From Eledone cirrhosa (taxonomy: Eukaryota), in NCBI GenBank assembly GCA_964016885.1, contig OZ024744.1, forward strand, positions 58,528,001 through 58,592,000: a DNA stretch of 64,000 nucleotides. The letters are read 5' to 3'. Position 1 is the stretch's first letter. Each line of letters opens with the position of its first letter. The notes under the pieces were generated by a model, which was not told the origin of the DNA, did no database searches, and saw nothing but the letters and a program-made list of their open reading frames with translations. Shown piece after piece: positions 1-12,090 of the stretch. Position numbers and translations under genes: made by a program.

Positions 1-703
1 TATGGCCATTGCACGATAGACCATTATTAATAATTATTAATTAATTCTAGGTGGATTGGCAGTATCGGTAGAGGGTCGGACGCCATGCTTTGACGCATAG
101 AGTTACGGCCCTTGCCATTCTGAGTTCAAACCCCGCCGAGGTTAACTTTGCCTTTCATCCCTACGGGGTCGATAAAATAAAGTACCAGTAATGCACTGGG
201 TAATTGTTGGCCTTGTGCCAAAAAAGTAGAAACAATTAATTAATTCTATCGTGCAATGCCTGTGCGTAAAGATATTTTTTAAAGTGACAAAAGACTGTGC
301 ACTGAGCCAATCCCACTCTTTGAGCGACAGTAGCTATAACCCGAAAAGAAGAAAAGATCAACATCATTCGTAACTACTGAGCCGCAGGTTTTATATCGGA
401 GTTATCCCAGTTTCCTGAGTTGCCTTCTCCTAGAAGAATGCCCTGACAAAGGCTAGGGGTCCTTCACTCCCAGTGGTTTAACCGCGCGATACATGTGTAT
501 ATACATATTTACACACTTTCGGATGGCCGTTGACTCTTATGAGTTCTTCCGCCCTTTCTCAGGTTTTGTTTTTTGTCCTGCAGGGTGTCCACAATGACCC
601 TCCTCACCAAGTAAACATGGTGGAGGTTGCCGGTTTAGTCGCCGATGACCTGACCATGCGTACTGGGTTACATGTTACCAGTAGCACTCAAGAGTGACCC
701 GAC
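1..703 (-). mobile_element. Older, diverged copy of a ~600-bp non-autonomous retro-repeat, interrupted by a SINE
   Basis: Shares blocks with 755-1345 (gcaatgcctgtgc, ccttctcctaga, ggtttagtcgcc, catgttaccagtagca). Relatives at 20742-20925 and 27401-27860. Confidence 0.7.
50..248 (+). mobile_element. tRNA-derived SINE with 14-bp target site duplication
   Basis: A-box-like tggcagtatcggtag, B-box gagttcaaaccc, body gcctttcatcc..ggggtcgataaaataaagtaccag. The sequence attaattaattcta is at 36-49 and 235-248; the uninterrupted site is visible in the relative at ~20766-20830. Confidence 0.85.
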
Positions 704-754
704 ATATATACATACATATACGCATACATACATAAATACATACATACATATATA

Positions 755-1345
755 GTGGCTGCCAACTCGTTTTCGAGTACGGCCACTACTTTATATCCAT
801 GTCGGAGAACCCCTACCGATGCGCTGAACGAGTGTGACTTTTTAGTCCAGCCAGTCACTTGAAAACTCTGGTACAAACACTACACTTTTGACAATTACTG
901 ACACAGTGCTGGGCCCATGGTACCATGTGATGACAAAAGCAGAGAGATCTCCAGATATAAAGCAATGCCTGTGCCGTGAAGCTTTTATAGTGAGCAAAGG
1001 CACTGCACAAAGCCAGTCCCACTCTCTTAACCAAGATGATATTTACCAAAAAGAACAAGTCAACATCATTGGATACCATCAGGGTTTCATGTGTTATATC
1101 AGTTTTCCTTCTCCTAGAATTCTGCCTTGACAAAGGCTAAGGGGTCATCTCTCCCGGTGATTTTGGATGGCCATTGAGCTCCTTTGCCCTTTGACAGGTT
1201 TTGTTTTTAGTCCTGCAGGATGTCCAAAGTCACCCTCCTCACCAAGAAACCTTGGTGGGGTTGCCAGTTTAGTCGCCAACGACCCGACCATGAGACAGGT
1301 TGTACTGGGATACATGTTACCAGTAGCACCAACTGGTGACCTGAC
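755..1345 (-). mobile_element. ~590-bp non-autonomous retro-repeat (RTE 5' UTR-like), full length
   Basis: Near-identical copies at 52231-52838 and 62787-63389; truncated copies at 20551-20697, 41837-42350 and 63481-63841. All truncated copies keep the gtggctgcc end, so that end is inferred to be 3'. All lie in (TACA)n/(TA)n. RTE affinity (tctaggagaaggaaaact motif) is from recall. Confidence 0.75.
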
Positions 1346-1480
1346 ATAAACATACATATATACATACATATATACACACATACATACATACATACATACA
1401 TACATACATACATACATACATACATACATACATACATACATACATACATACATACATACACTCACACATACATACATACA

Positions 1481-1754
1481 TTAGGAAATTACAAGTACAA
1501 TCCATTAATGGAACAGTAAAAATATGTAAAACATTCCAAAAATGTTGCATCTGATAACTGCATATACACATGTACAGATACAAAGCATATACACATGCAC
1601 ACATACAATAACATCCATATCTACACATGCATGCATACATACATATCTACCTAGTTGATGTTGTGTAAATTCCAATGAGAGAGTCTTGTGTCTATGTTAG
1701 AAACCGACTCTCTCTCTATTGGGAAAAAATTTGTGAAATTATAAAACCAGAAGA
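1481..1754 (+). mobile_element. 3' end of R4/Dong-like LINE (family 1), 5'-truncated
   Basis: Encodes RKLQVQSINGTVKICKTF, then a 3' UTR ending gaaattataaaaccagaagaa followed by (CATA)n. Same as the end of 61309-62683. Confidence 0.85.
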
Positions 1755-1825
1755 ACATACATACATAGATACATACATACATACATACATACATACATAC
1801 ATACATACATACATACATACATACA

Positions 1826-1857
<32 letters not shown>

Positions 1858-1988
1858 CAAATAAGGAGAGAACCAGAACTGAATACCTCAGAAGAGTAAA
1901 GAACATATGGTCATCAGAACTGTCAGCGTACAACAAGTACATTGCCCACAATACTTATGCTGTACCAATACTAACGCCAACATTTGGC

Positions 1989-3134
1989 TTGCTGAACTGG
2001 TCATTGCAAGAACTAAGTGAGATGGATGTTAGAACTCGCAAACTTCTCAGTGTTACTGGGAACTTTAACATCAATGGTGATGTGGATAGGCTATACTTCT
2101 CACGCAAGGAAGGTGGCCGGGGTCTAAAATCCATATTAACATCATATGAGACCCGGATAGTAACACTGAAGCAACATCTTCAACAGAGGAAAAAGGTTGG
2201 CAACCATCTTGCCCAGGTTTATGAGCATGAAAAAAAATATATCATTAGAATAGCCAGTGATCTGGAGGAGAGATATGGAATAAAGCCTGATATAAATCTC
2301 TCACCCAGAGAAATCGGAAGATCCTATTCAATGTTCAAACAAGATGAAAAAATTGACCAATTTACAGAAAAAGTTGTGCATGGATACTTGAGACGTAAAA
2401 CACAGACTATAGAGGGGATAAACCACTCAAAAAGCCTGGCATGGAGTTCCGACAAGTTTATGATATCACACCTTGAGGGATATCTCTATGCAATACAGGA
2501 ACAAGAACTCCCTACCAAATATCTGCTGCACAAAAGAGGAGGGCCAGCAGCTGACAATAAATGTAGGCTATGTAAAACAAAGATCGAAGATGTAAGCCAC
2601 ATTGTTTCCAGCTGCGAAAGAATGTCATCTCGCTACTACCTCCCCATGAGACACGATGGGATAGCTAGAACCATCTGGAACGCACTTCGGAAAACAAAAT
2701 TAACAACAAACGAGGAAGAATATATTGAGACAGATGGCACTAAGGAATACTGGTGGAACCTGAAAATAAAAACTGCCACCAAATTAAAGCACAACCGGCC
2801 TGATATTGTTGTTTGGGACCACACATTGAAAACGTGTTCTGTTGTGGAGATCAGCTGCCCACTTGATGTAAACGTTGTCAGAAAAATACAGGAGAAGGAG
2901 GACATCTACGGACCATTGATGAGGAGTTTACAAATCCAGTATCCAAGATACACCTTTAGCTTCATACCCATCATTATTGGAGCTACGGGTTATATACCAA
3001 CCCGCTTGGACCAAAGTATGACTGAACTTGGATTTGCGGACAAAGAGCGCAGCTCCCTAATTCATAGTCTACAAATGGCTGCGATAGCTGGCACCTTCAA
3101 AATTTGCAAAATATTCTTGCGATTCAAGGGATGA
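1989..3134 (+). CDS. C-terminal half of R4/Dong-like non-LTR retrotransposon protein (thumb, CCHC knuckle, REL endonuclease); element ~1858-3230
   Basis: DRLYFSRKEGGRGL, CRLC..EDVSHIVSSC, RHD, NRPDIVV, EISCP, KEDIY motifs. 5'-truncated; flanked by (CATA)n on both sides. Confidence 0.9.
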   Translation: MLNWSLQELSEMDVRTRKLLSVTGNFNINGDVDRLYFSRKEGGRGLKSILTSYETRIVTLKQHLQQRKKVGNHLAQVYEHEKKYIIRIASDLEERYGIKPDINLSPREIGRSYSMFKQDEKIDQFTEKVVHGYLRRKTQTIEGINHSKSLAWSSDKFMISHLEGYLYAIQEQELPTKYLLHKRGGPAADNKCRLCKTKIEDVSHIVSSCERMSSRYYLPMRHDGIARTIWNALRKTKLTTNEEEYIETDGTKEYWWNLKIKTATKLKHNRPDIVVWDHTLKTCSVVEISCPLDVNVVRKIQEKEDIYGPLMRSLQIQYPRYTFSFIPIIIGATGYIPTRLDQSMTELGFADKERSSLIHSLQMAAIAGTFKICKIFLRFKG

Positions 3135-3960
3135 CAATTTCTTTTGTTTTACAGCCTTGCCACCAGGAAGGTGGTCGGTCAAAAAAATATACTCGAAATT
3201 AAGAGAAAGAGATAACATAAATACATACAACCATACACACATACATACATACATACATACGTACATATATATATATACATACGTAATGACCGTAAAAAAT
3301 GGTACCCCATTATAACTACCCTGACCAATATACATTTTTTACTACGTTGAAATTTAGACCTGTTCTCGGGTATATTTGGATACTGATTCCAAATATAACA
3401 TCAGTTTTATTCCACCCGTTCTAGTTTTCAAGATGTGTGGGTATATGTGTGTGTGTGTGTGTCTATGTATGTGTGTGCTTGTGTGTTCTTCTGTGTGTGT
3501 GTGTATGTGAGTGTGTGTATGACTGTGTACGTAAGTGTGTGTAAGTGTGTGTATCTGTGTTTGCGTATTCGTGACACTGCTTAAGTTTATGTGCGACTGC
3601 GTCTATGTGTGTTTATATGAGTACGTATGTATGTGTGCGGGTGTGTGTGTGTGTGTCAGTGTGTCAGTGTGTGTTTGCGGATTCGTGCCACTGTTTAAGT
3701 TTATGCGTATATGTGTTTATATGAGTACGTATATATGTCTGCTTGTGTGTGTGTATATGTGCTTGTATGTATGTGTGTGTGCATGTGTATGTGTATGTGT
3801 GCTTGTGTGTATGTGTGTGTTTGTGTGATTGCGTGTGTGTATGTGTGTGTGCTTGTGTGTGTGTGTGTGTGTGTGTGTGTCAGTGTCTCAGTGTGCGCGT
3901 ATGTGCTAACTTTTCACGACTCACTGAATAAACAATATTCAACACTTAAATGTTTTAGTA

Positions 3961-4016
<56 letters not shown>

Positions 4017-4200
4017 GGTGGATATAAGAATGTAGACCAGCACTCCAAGTCATCTGACGTGATACTGTAATGCTGTCAAGTGGAAAATACCATATAACTA
4101 TATATATATATATGGAGAGAGAGGGGGGGGGGGAAGAGAGAGGGGTAGAGAGAGAGAATGAGTGAAAGAGAGAGTGAGAGAGAGATAGAAAAAGAGAGAG

Positions 4201-4385
4201 AGATGTAAATGTAAAATCCCGACCGCGACAGAAAGCAGTTTCGGCTTGTGTGTTCAGTGAGCCTCTTCACCACACAACCCGAAACCGATTAGACAGGATT
4301 TTACACATCTCTATACCGACTCTGTATCTCTCCATATATCGACTACTCTCATGATAAGTAGTCTCCTTGATCTCAGCACCGCAAA

Positions 4386-4387
<2 letters not shown>
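4201..4387. mobile_element. Small fold-back insertion with truncated hammerhead halves in (GA)n/(TC)n
   Basis: Diverged inverted arms 4201-4252 and 4271-4310. Minus strand reads TGAAGA-GGCT..AGCC-GAAA; plus strand has GAAACCGATT. Confidence 0.55.
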
Positions 4388-4466
<79 letters not shown>

Positions 4467-4556
4467 CCTCACTTCATCTCCCTCTACCTCTTTCTCTTCC
4501 TCTCTCTCTACCCCTCTCTCTTCCTCTCTCTCTATCTATCTCTCTCTTCCTCTCTC

Positions 4557-4606
<50 letters not shown>

Positions 4607-4634
4607 AACAAAAGATGGTTAAAAGAGTTCCATG

Positions 4635-4705
4635 TATTTTATTATGCGCATTTCAAAAACAAATATCATCATGCAATAATATTTGTGTTTTCATCAGATA
4701 AAATA
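4635..4705 (-). ncRNA. Type I hammerhead ribozyme motif (family A)
   Basis: Minus strand: TATTTTAT-CTGATGA-[aaacacaaatat..atatttgttttt]-GAAA-TGCGCA-TA-ATAAAATA. Perfect 8-bp stem I; palindromic stem III ATGCGCAT. Confidence 0.85.
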
Positions 4706-5533
4706 GGAAGACATGATATGAAGGTTAAAAAACACTTGTGGATAGTGCAGTTTTAAATCAACATATGAAAAGTACTTTTAGATTGATGTGTGATATTGGG
4801 AAATAAAAGATTTTTGAGGGAGGGGGTGGGGGAGGATGAAAAAGAGGAGGAGATGAGAGTAAAAAGTGGAGAGGGACGAGTATAATGAGGAAGGATGAGA
4901 TAGGAGGAGAGATGGGTGATAGATAGAGAGAGATAACTTTTATAATTGAGAGAAATATATTGTTTTACATAGAGAGGTTGAAAAACCGTTGGAAGATAAT
5001 GTATAAATTAAAAGAATTTGAAAATTAACGAAGAGAAAAATAATGTAAAGTTAAGGTTTGTATATTGAAGGGTTTAATAATATGTGCGATGAAAAGAAAA
5101 TGTTAATATGTATTAAGAATAATATTTAAGGGTTTAATAATATGTGCGATGGAAAGAAAATGTTAATATGTATTAAGAATAATATTTAAGGGTTTAATAA
5201 TATGTGCGATGGAAAGAAAATGTTGATATGTATTATTAAAAAGAACAACAAGTAATGTAAGTAAGGATATATTGTGAGATGAGCGTGAGTAAGTTAGATG
5301 AAAGGGAGAAAAAAATAATGAATTGAGGATGAATAATCTAACGTCAAAAAATGTTTGTTTACGAAGGATTTTTGCAAGGTAATATAAAGTAAGAATGTAT
5401 TGTATTGTGTAATAATTGTTTCTATGTTTCTATGTGAGAAAAGGTACAGATTAGGGGTTAGACATTAAAAGAAAAAGAGAAAAAAGGGAAAATGAAGAAA
5501 GGGAAGTGATAAATAGGAGTGATATAGAATGAT

Positions 5534-5826
5534 AAAGCTCGTCTTTATAACCATCATTCGTCTTTTAAATACAAACTTAAAAGAACCAACACGGCTCTCT
5601 CAGAACTCATATTGTCCTTGAAAGACAAAAATATTAAATATAGCATCTTTTGGAAAAAGGTTTCTTCTGCGTCTTGAACAGTTCTCTATCCAAGATTTGC
5701 AATCTCTGTCTAAATGAAAAATTTACCATTATATCTAATTTAGATTCTATAATAAATAGACGCACTGACTTGTTTTCTCTCTGCGTGCATAAATTCCACA
5801 AAACATTCCACAAAGTATACAGCTAA
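5534..5826 (+). pseudogene. Frameshifted C-terminus of PLE GIY-YIG endonuclease
   Basis: Manual translation: KARLYNHHSSFKY..TALSELILSLKDKNIKYSIFW..[frameshift]..CNLCLNEKFTII..INRRTDLFSLCVH. Colinear with the end of the 36352-38166 ORF. Confidence 0.8.
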
Positions 5827-6790
5827 TATCCAAAACTTTATCAATTTAGAATCTTTTTCTCAAAGGCACATATATATATACTTCTTTAAAAATATACCCA
5901 TCTTTCTACCTTATTTCAAAGTTATTTATTATACATTATATAATACTTGTTACTCATTCTATATCACTCCTATTTATCACTTCCCTTTCTTCATTTTCCC
6001 TTTCTTCTCTTTTTCTTTTAATGCCTAACCCCTAATCTGTACCTTTTCTCACTGTTGCCTAACATAGAAACAATTATTACACAATACAATACATTTTTAC
6101 TTTATATTACCTTGCAAAAATCCTTCGTAAACAAACATTTTTTGACGTTAGATTATTCATCCTCAATTCATTATTTTTTCTCCCTTTCATCTAACTTACT
6201 CATGCTCATCTCACAATATATCCTTACTTACATTACTTGTTGTTCTTTTTAATAATACATATCAACATTTTCTTTCCATCGCACATATTATTAAACCCTT
6301 AAATATTATTCTTAATACATATTAACATTTTCTTTCCATCGCACATATTATTAAACCCTTAAATATTATTCTTAATACATATTAACATTTTCTTTTCATC
6401 GCACATATTATTAAACCCTTCAATATACAAACCTTAACTTTACATTATTTTTCTCTTCGTTAATTTTCAAATTCTTTTAATTTATATATTCTCTTCCAAC
6501 GGTTTTTCAACCTCTCTATGTAAAACAATATATTTTTCTCAGTTATAAAAGCTATCACTCTCTCTCTCTCTATCACCCATCTCTCCTCCTATCTCATCCT
6601 TCCTCATTATACTCCTCCCTCTCCACTTTTTACTCTCATCTCCTCCTCTTTTTCATCCTTTCCACCCCACCCCCACCCCTCCAAAAAAAATGTTTTCCCA
6701 ATATCACACATCAATCTAAAAGTACTTTTCATATGTTGATTTAAAACTGCACTATCCACAAGTGTTTTTAACCTTCATATCATGTCTTCC

Positions 6791-6861
6791 TGTTGTATCT
6801 GATGAAAACACAAATATTATTGCATGATGATATTTATTTTTGAAATGCGCATAATAAAATA
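6791..6861 (+). ncRNA. Type I hammerhead ribozyme motif (family A, right arm)
   Basis: CTGATGA at 6799; GAAA-TGCGCA-TA-ATAAAATA at 6842-6861. Two stem I substitutions relative to the left arm. Confidence 0.75.
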
Positions 6862-6991
6862 CATGGAACTCTTTTAACCATCTTTTGTTCTTATATATTA
6901 TGTATACTCCAGTCCTACAAACTGTAGAGTGCTTCTTATCCGATATCTGCATTGCTTTATTGTACTACAATAAAACTCACCTCCTACATTA

Positions 6992-7085
<94 letters not shown>

Positions 7086-7153
7086 CTATTTGGCCCGTCC
7101 GGCTGGCGCTCGGCTGCTATTGGTGTGTTCTACGGCATCCATATATATATATA

Positions 7154-7788
7154 TAGCTGACGTACCTAGCTTCGCTTGGATAAACAGAGGATAAGCCGTG
7201 TGTGTAGTATAGTATTACTGTTGAAATATATAGTACAGTATTACTGTTGAAATATATAGTATAGTATTACTGTTGAAAATATATAGTACAGTATTACTGT
7301 TGAAAATATATAGTACAGTATTACTTTTGAAAATATATAGTATAGTATTACTGTTGAAAATATATAGTATAGTACAGTACTAGTGTTGAAAATATATAGT
7401 ATTACTGTTGAACATATATAGTACAGTATTACTGTTGAAAATAGGTACACGAATATATAATTATATATATATATAATTAATTAAAAGTTGGTTAGAAGCG
7501 AAGTCAAGCAGACATACAGACATATATTATAAGGGCACGACGTTATAGCTATGTATCTATCTAAAAAGACAGAGTAAGAAAGAGAGAGGAATGTCGTATT
7601 GTATATATTATATATAATAAAGTACCAGTAATGTAGTGGAACAATTGCTGGCCTTATGCCAAAAGTAGAAACAATTATACTTCTTTTTTGTACAACAGTA
7701 AATAACATGTTTATGTATGTATATATACGTATAAAGGAATGCTGTAATAAAATGTACAAATTAAACTGTCTCTTATTTATGATACTAA

Positions 7789-7868
<80 letters not shown>

Positions 7869-8222
7869 TATATATACACATATATACACACACGCACAGA
7901 TAGCGAAATCAATGTACAGAATGGTTTTCATAATGCAGACAGACATACAGAGACATAATATAAGGGCGCGACGTTATAGCTATGTATCTATCTAAAAAGA
8001 CAGACTAAGAAAGAGAGAGGAATGTCGTATAACCGGAAGTGTTGACATTTGAAAATTTTAAAGAAGTGAATATTTAAATAAACAATAAAATATCTTTAAT
8101 CTTTTAACGAAATTTAGAAGACAAAAATACCCTCACATTTTTACTTGGAAAAAGATAGTTACAGCCATGGTGCAAATTTGGTGCTGTTTGTTACATACAT
8201 ACGGCCGTCAGCTTTATTTATA
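7154..8222. mobile_element. Helentron/DINE-like non-autonomous element with internal minisatellite
   Basis: Subterminal inverted repeat agctgacg (~7155) / cgtcagct (~8205); inserted in (TA)n. ~27-bp minisatellite tagtacagtattactgttgaaaatata at 7205-7442; ~90-bp direct repeat at ~7506 and ~7936. Confidence 0.5.
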
Positions 8223-8449
8223 TATATATATATATATTAAAATACAAATATTAATAAAATAGATGTTCTTTTGATCAATTACATTTTAGTATACATATTT
8301 ATTAATTTATATTAATATTTGTATTTTAATATTAATAACTCTGGAAAATTATTTTTCGTAGAGTGCTTCCAATCTACTCTAAAACTCATTCTTTGATATA
8401 CTCATTGAATCTTGTTTAACTCTTTAATATATATATATTTTTTTTTTAA

Positions 8450-8666
8450 ATCGATCGACTTTCGTCAAATCGGACCGAGGAAACAATGTTTCCATCGGTC
8501 TTTCCAGTTGCTAGTACTATCTATCGGTCGCAACTCCAGGTAGAAGGAGCAACGTGAAATAAAATGTCTTGCTCAAGGACATAACGCATCGCCCGGTCCA
8601 GGAATCGAACTCACAACCTCACGATTGCGAATCCAGTTCTCTAACCACTCAGCCACACGCCTTCAC
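8450..8666 (-). mobile_element. tRNA-derived SINE, second family
   Basis: Minus strand has A-box gtggctgagtggttag and B-box gagttcgattcc, then gtccttgagcaagaca. Relatives at ~9210-9352, ~19690-19820 and ~54300-54540. Confidence 0.75.
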
Positions 8667-8736
8667 TATATATATATATATATATGACAAGTAAGTATGT
8701 TTGTTTTGAAACAGTGAGCAAGTTTGAAATTAGAAA

Positions 8737-8930
8737 TAGAAGCTTTCACCATATTTTTGACTAAAGAAATTTTAGCCTGATAGTGGGGTTTAGGACCCTC
8801 TGGTAAATGGAAAAAGATGAGTATTGACGTACATGTACGTCAATATTCATCTTTTTCCATTTACCTGAGGGTCCTAAACCCCACTATCAGGCTAAAATTT
8901 CTTTAGTCAAAAATACGGTGAAGGTTTCTA
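8737..8930. repeat. 194-bp spacer-less palindrome, followed by a 42-bp palindrome (8937-8978)
   Basis: Centre gtaca|tgtac at 8833/8834; about 5 mismatches over 97-bp arms. Confidence 0.92.
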
Positions 8931-9045
8931 TATATATTTCTCCCTGTTTCCATATATATATATGGAAACAGGGAGAAAGAGGCGATTATTAGGAAGAAAA
9001 ATATAGTTTTTCCCTTTTTTATTTCTCTCTCTCTCTTTATATAGT

Positions 9046-9170
<125 letters not shown>

Positions 9171-9948
9171 GTGTGTGCGTGTGTGTGCGTGTGTGTGCGT
9201 GTGTGTGTATTACAGGTACAATTCGTTTTTGCCAGCTGATTGGACTAGAGCAAAGTAAAATAAAGTGTCTTGCTCAAGGACAAAACGTGTCGCCAGGAAT
9301 CGACCGTAAGGTCTTGAGCTGAGTAGCCTAACCACAAAGTCAAGGGTCTTCACTAATATATACATATATATGTGGGGGTGGTATGTGTGTATATATATAT
9401 TTACTTTATATATATAAATATATTCGTTTATAAACATATACACACACACATTCATACATATACACATACGCACATAAATTAGATATATACATGCATGAAT
9501 ACATATATACATACATGCTTGAATACATACATATACATATGTATATGATATGGAATTTGCATAATACAATCCATTAAGAAATGTAAAAGTATGTAAAGCA
9601 TTCCAAAAATTCTGCATCTAATAACTCCATGTAAACATGTACAGAGGCCAAGCATACACACATGCATAACTCAAAACACACATCAACACATACAATAACA
9701 TCCATACCTACACACACTCACATACACGCTCGCGCGCGCACACTACCACTAAGACACATGCATGCATGCAGACATGCCAACACATCTACCTAGTTGATGT
9801 TGTGTAAATTCCAATGAGAGAGTATTGTGTCTATGTTAGAAACTGACTCTCTCTTTCTATTGGCAAAAATTAAAAAAAATTATTTATAAAATAATTGTTT
9901 CTACTTTTGGCACACACATACATACATACATGCATACACACATACATA

Positions 9949-10414
9949 GGAGAATAAATATTTATGCAGAACTGATGAGAAATCTGCAGATACTCCACCC
10001 TGATTACACCTTCAGATTTATGCCCATGATTATTGGGGCACTGGGGTATGTTAGTAACTGCCCCAATACAAATCTTGAGAAGCTAGGCTTCACAGGAACA
10101 GAAAGAACACAACTAGTTAGTAAATTACAAGTACAATCCATTAATGGAACAGTAAAAATATGTAAAACATTTCAAATATTTTGCATCTAATAACTGCATA
10201 TACACATGTACAGATACAAAGCATATACACATGCACACATACAACTCAAAACATCCACATCCACACATACAATAACATCCATATCTACACATGCATGCAT
10301 ACATACATATCTAACTAGTTGATGTGTAAATTCCAATGAGAGAGTCTTGTGTCTATGTTAGAAACCGACTCTCTCTCTATTGGGAAAACTTTGTGAAATT
10401 ATAAAACCAGAAGA
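9949..10414 (+). mobile_element. 3' fragment of R4/Dong-like LINE family 1 (older copy at ~9546-9870)
   Basis: IYAELMRNLQILHPDYTFRFMPMIIGALGYV..KICKTF plus 3' UTR and (CATA)n. Confidence 0.85.
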
Positions 10415-11018
10415 ACATACATACATACAAACATACATACATACATACATACATACATACATACGCACGTACGTACGTACGTACATACATATATACATAC
10501 ATACATACGTACATACGTACATACATACATACATACATACATACATACATACATACATACATACATACATACATACATACATACATACATACATACATAC
10601 ATACATACATACATACATACACAAGCGCGCGCACACAGGTATATATATATATATGTTGTCTGTGTGTGAAGCAACTCACAAGGGAAACTACTGTGAAATA
10701 GTTTTACAGCAGTTACCTGGTTTTTCATTTTCTCTATGTATTTGTTTCTTAACTTATACTCACCTTTTACTGGTCATTGGGCTGTGACCCAGACTGACGG
10801 GATTCAGTCGATCATATCGACCACATTACTTATTTCTTCTGAGTCCGGTACTTATTTCATTGATCTTTGTTTGACGAAAAATTAAATTATGTGATATAAA
10901 CAAAACACGCGTACATACATACACATACAAAACACACACACACACACACACACATACACACATAGATATATATATATACATATATATATCTTGCTATACA
11001 TATATACATATGTATATT

Positions 11019-11094
<76 letters not shown>

Positions 11095-11095
<1 letters not shown>

Positions 11096-11419
11096 TATAA
11101 TTTCCAAAGTTACTGGAAATCTCAAAATGCGGACGAAACCATGGTAGAGGTAAATAAATGTATTCTATTTTCTCCTAGTTTATTTTACACCTAATTCTGT
11201 TTAATTGACTGTATATCTGGGCGATTACGCTGTCGAAATATTCGATAAATATTCCGTCGCGGCCGACGCGAAGGGCTAGTTTCGGTTATTTGTTGGAGAT
11301 TTCTTCATAGAAGCCTTCTTCTTATAGCCTGGTCTATTCGATTTTTTATATAGTTAATTATGCTAATTGGGAGAGGAAATGGTATATATTTTATCTGGTG
11401 ATTCTATAGACATGTTTTA

Positions 11420-11421
<2 letters not shown>
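11095..11421 (+). mobile_element. 5'-truncated HHR-bearing element (3' half of a hammerhead plus tail)
   Basis: cggac-GAAA-CCATGG-TA-GAGGT at 11130-11151 (palindrome ACCATGGT, GUA triplet). No upstream CTGA core; ends in (TA)n. Confidence 0.5.
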
Positions 11422-11510
<89 letters not shown>

Positions 11511-11515
<5 letters not shown>

Positions 11516-11898
11516 ATATTAAATAAATTGAAACTATATTTATAAAACCATATTTATTTTATTATATATATTTCAAGGGTACCAAGACACATTGATACGC
11601 TTTCATCAGATAAAATACAGTTTGTTTTATAAATAGAGACATACCCATGAAAATCATACCTTATCGGTTGGAAATTCACTGGATAGTGGAAATATAGATT
11701 TTCAAACTTATGTTTGAAAAATCCCTAATATATTTCCACTATCCAGGTAAAACTTGAACCGTTAAAGTCTTATTACTGCATATGTCAATATTTATAAAAC
11801 AAACTTTGTATTTTATCTGATGAGAGGTTATCCAAAATTTGGGTACCCTTGCAATATATATAGAATAAATATGGATTTATAAAGATAGTTTCCATTTA

Positions 11899-11908
<10 letters not shown>
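11511..11908. mobile_element. ~400-bp fold-back of HHR family C in (TA)n
   Basis: Imperfect palindrome centred on ttcaaac-ttat-gtttgaa (~11710). HHR in both arms; the right one has GAAA changed to GCAA. Confidence 0.8.
11555..11617 (-). ncRNA. Type I hammerhead ribozyme motif (family C)
   Basis: TATTTTAT-CTGATGA-[aagcgtatcaa..ttggtaccctt]-GAAA-TATATA-TA-ATAAAATA. Mutated copies at 11809-11870 (+), 14245-14305 (+, UG at the cleavage site) and ~15450-15515 (-). Confidence 0.8.
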
Positions 11909-11929
<21 letters not shown>

Positions 11930-12000
11930 AAATATTAAACAAATAATGAACAAACAATTCCTTATATTAAACAATTCCTTATATTAAATGTAGATTTATC

Positions 12001-12057
<57 letters not shown>

Positions 12058-12090
12058 AATAGAAAATATCTTCAATGAACTTATAACATA

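Larger units (their letters stand above)
4604..6989. mobile_element. PLE family A (Hydra-like), tail-out inverted insertion in (TA)n
   Basis: Arms 4604-5532 (-) and 5954-6892 (+) are reverse complements, each with a 3x60-bp tandem repeat. The right arm has a further ~97-bp tail. The spacer encodes a GIY-YIG C-terminus. Confidence 0.88.

Noticed and set aside
50-140. tRNA genes at A/B-box sequences
   Set aside because: No cloverleaf; they are SINE heads followed by a constant SINE body.
888-1130. Recurrent 75-90 aa ORFs (GPWYHV..ERSPDIKQCLC..) in the 600-bp repeat
   Set aside because: They recur only because the DNA repeat is young; ends vary by indels and there is no recognisable domain.
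7205-7442. Regular ~27-bp repeats as a possible CRISPR array
   Set aside because: No unique spacers, eukaryotic context and no cas genes; it is a minisatellite.
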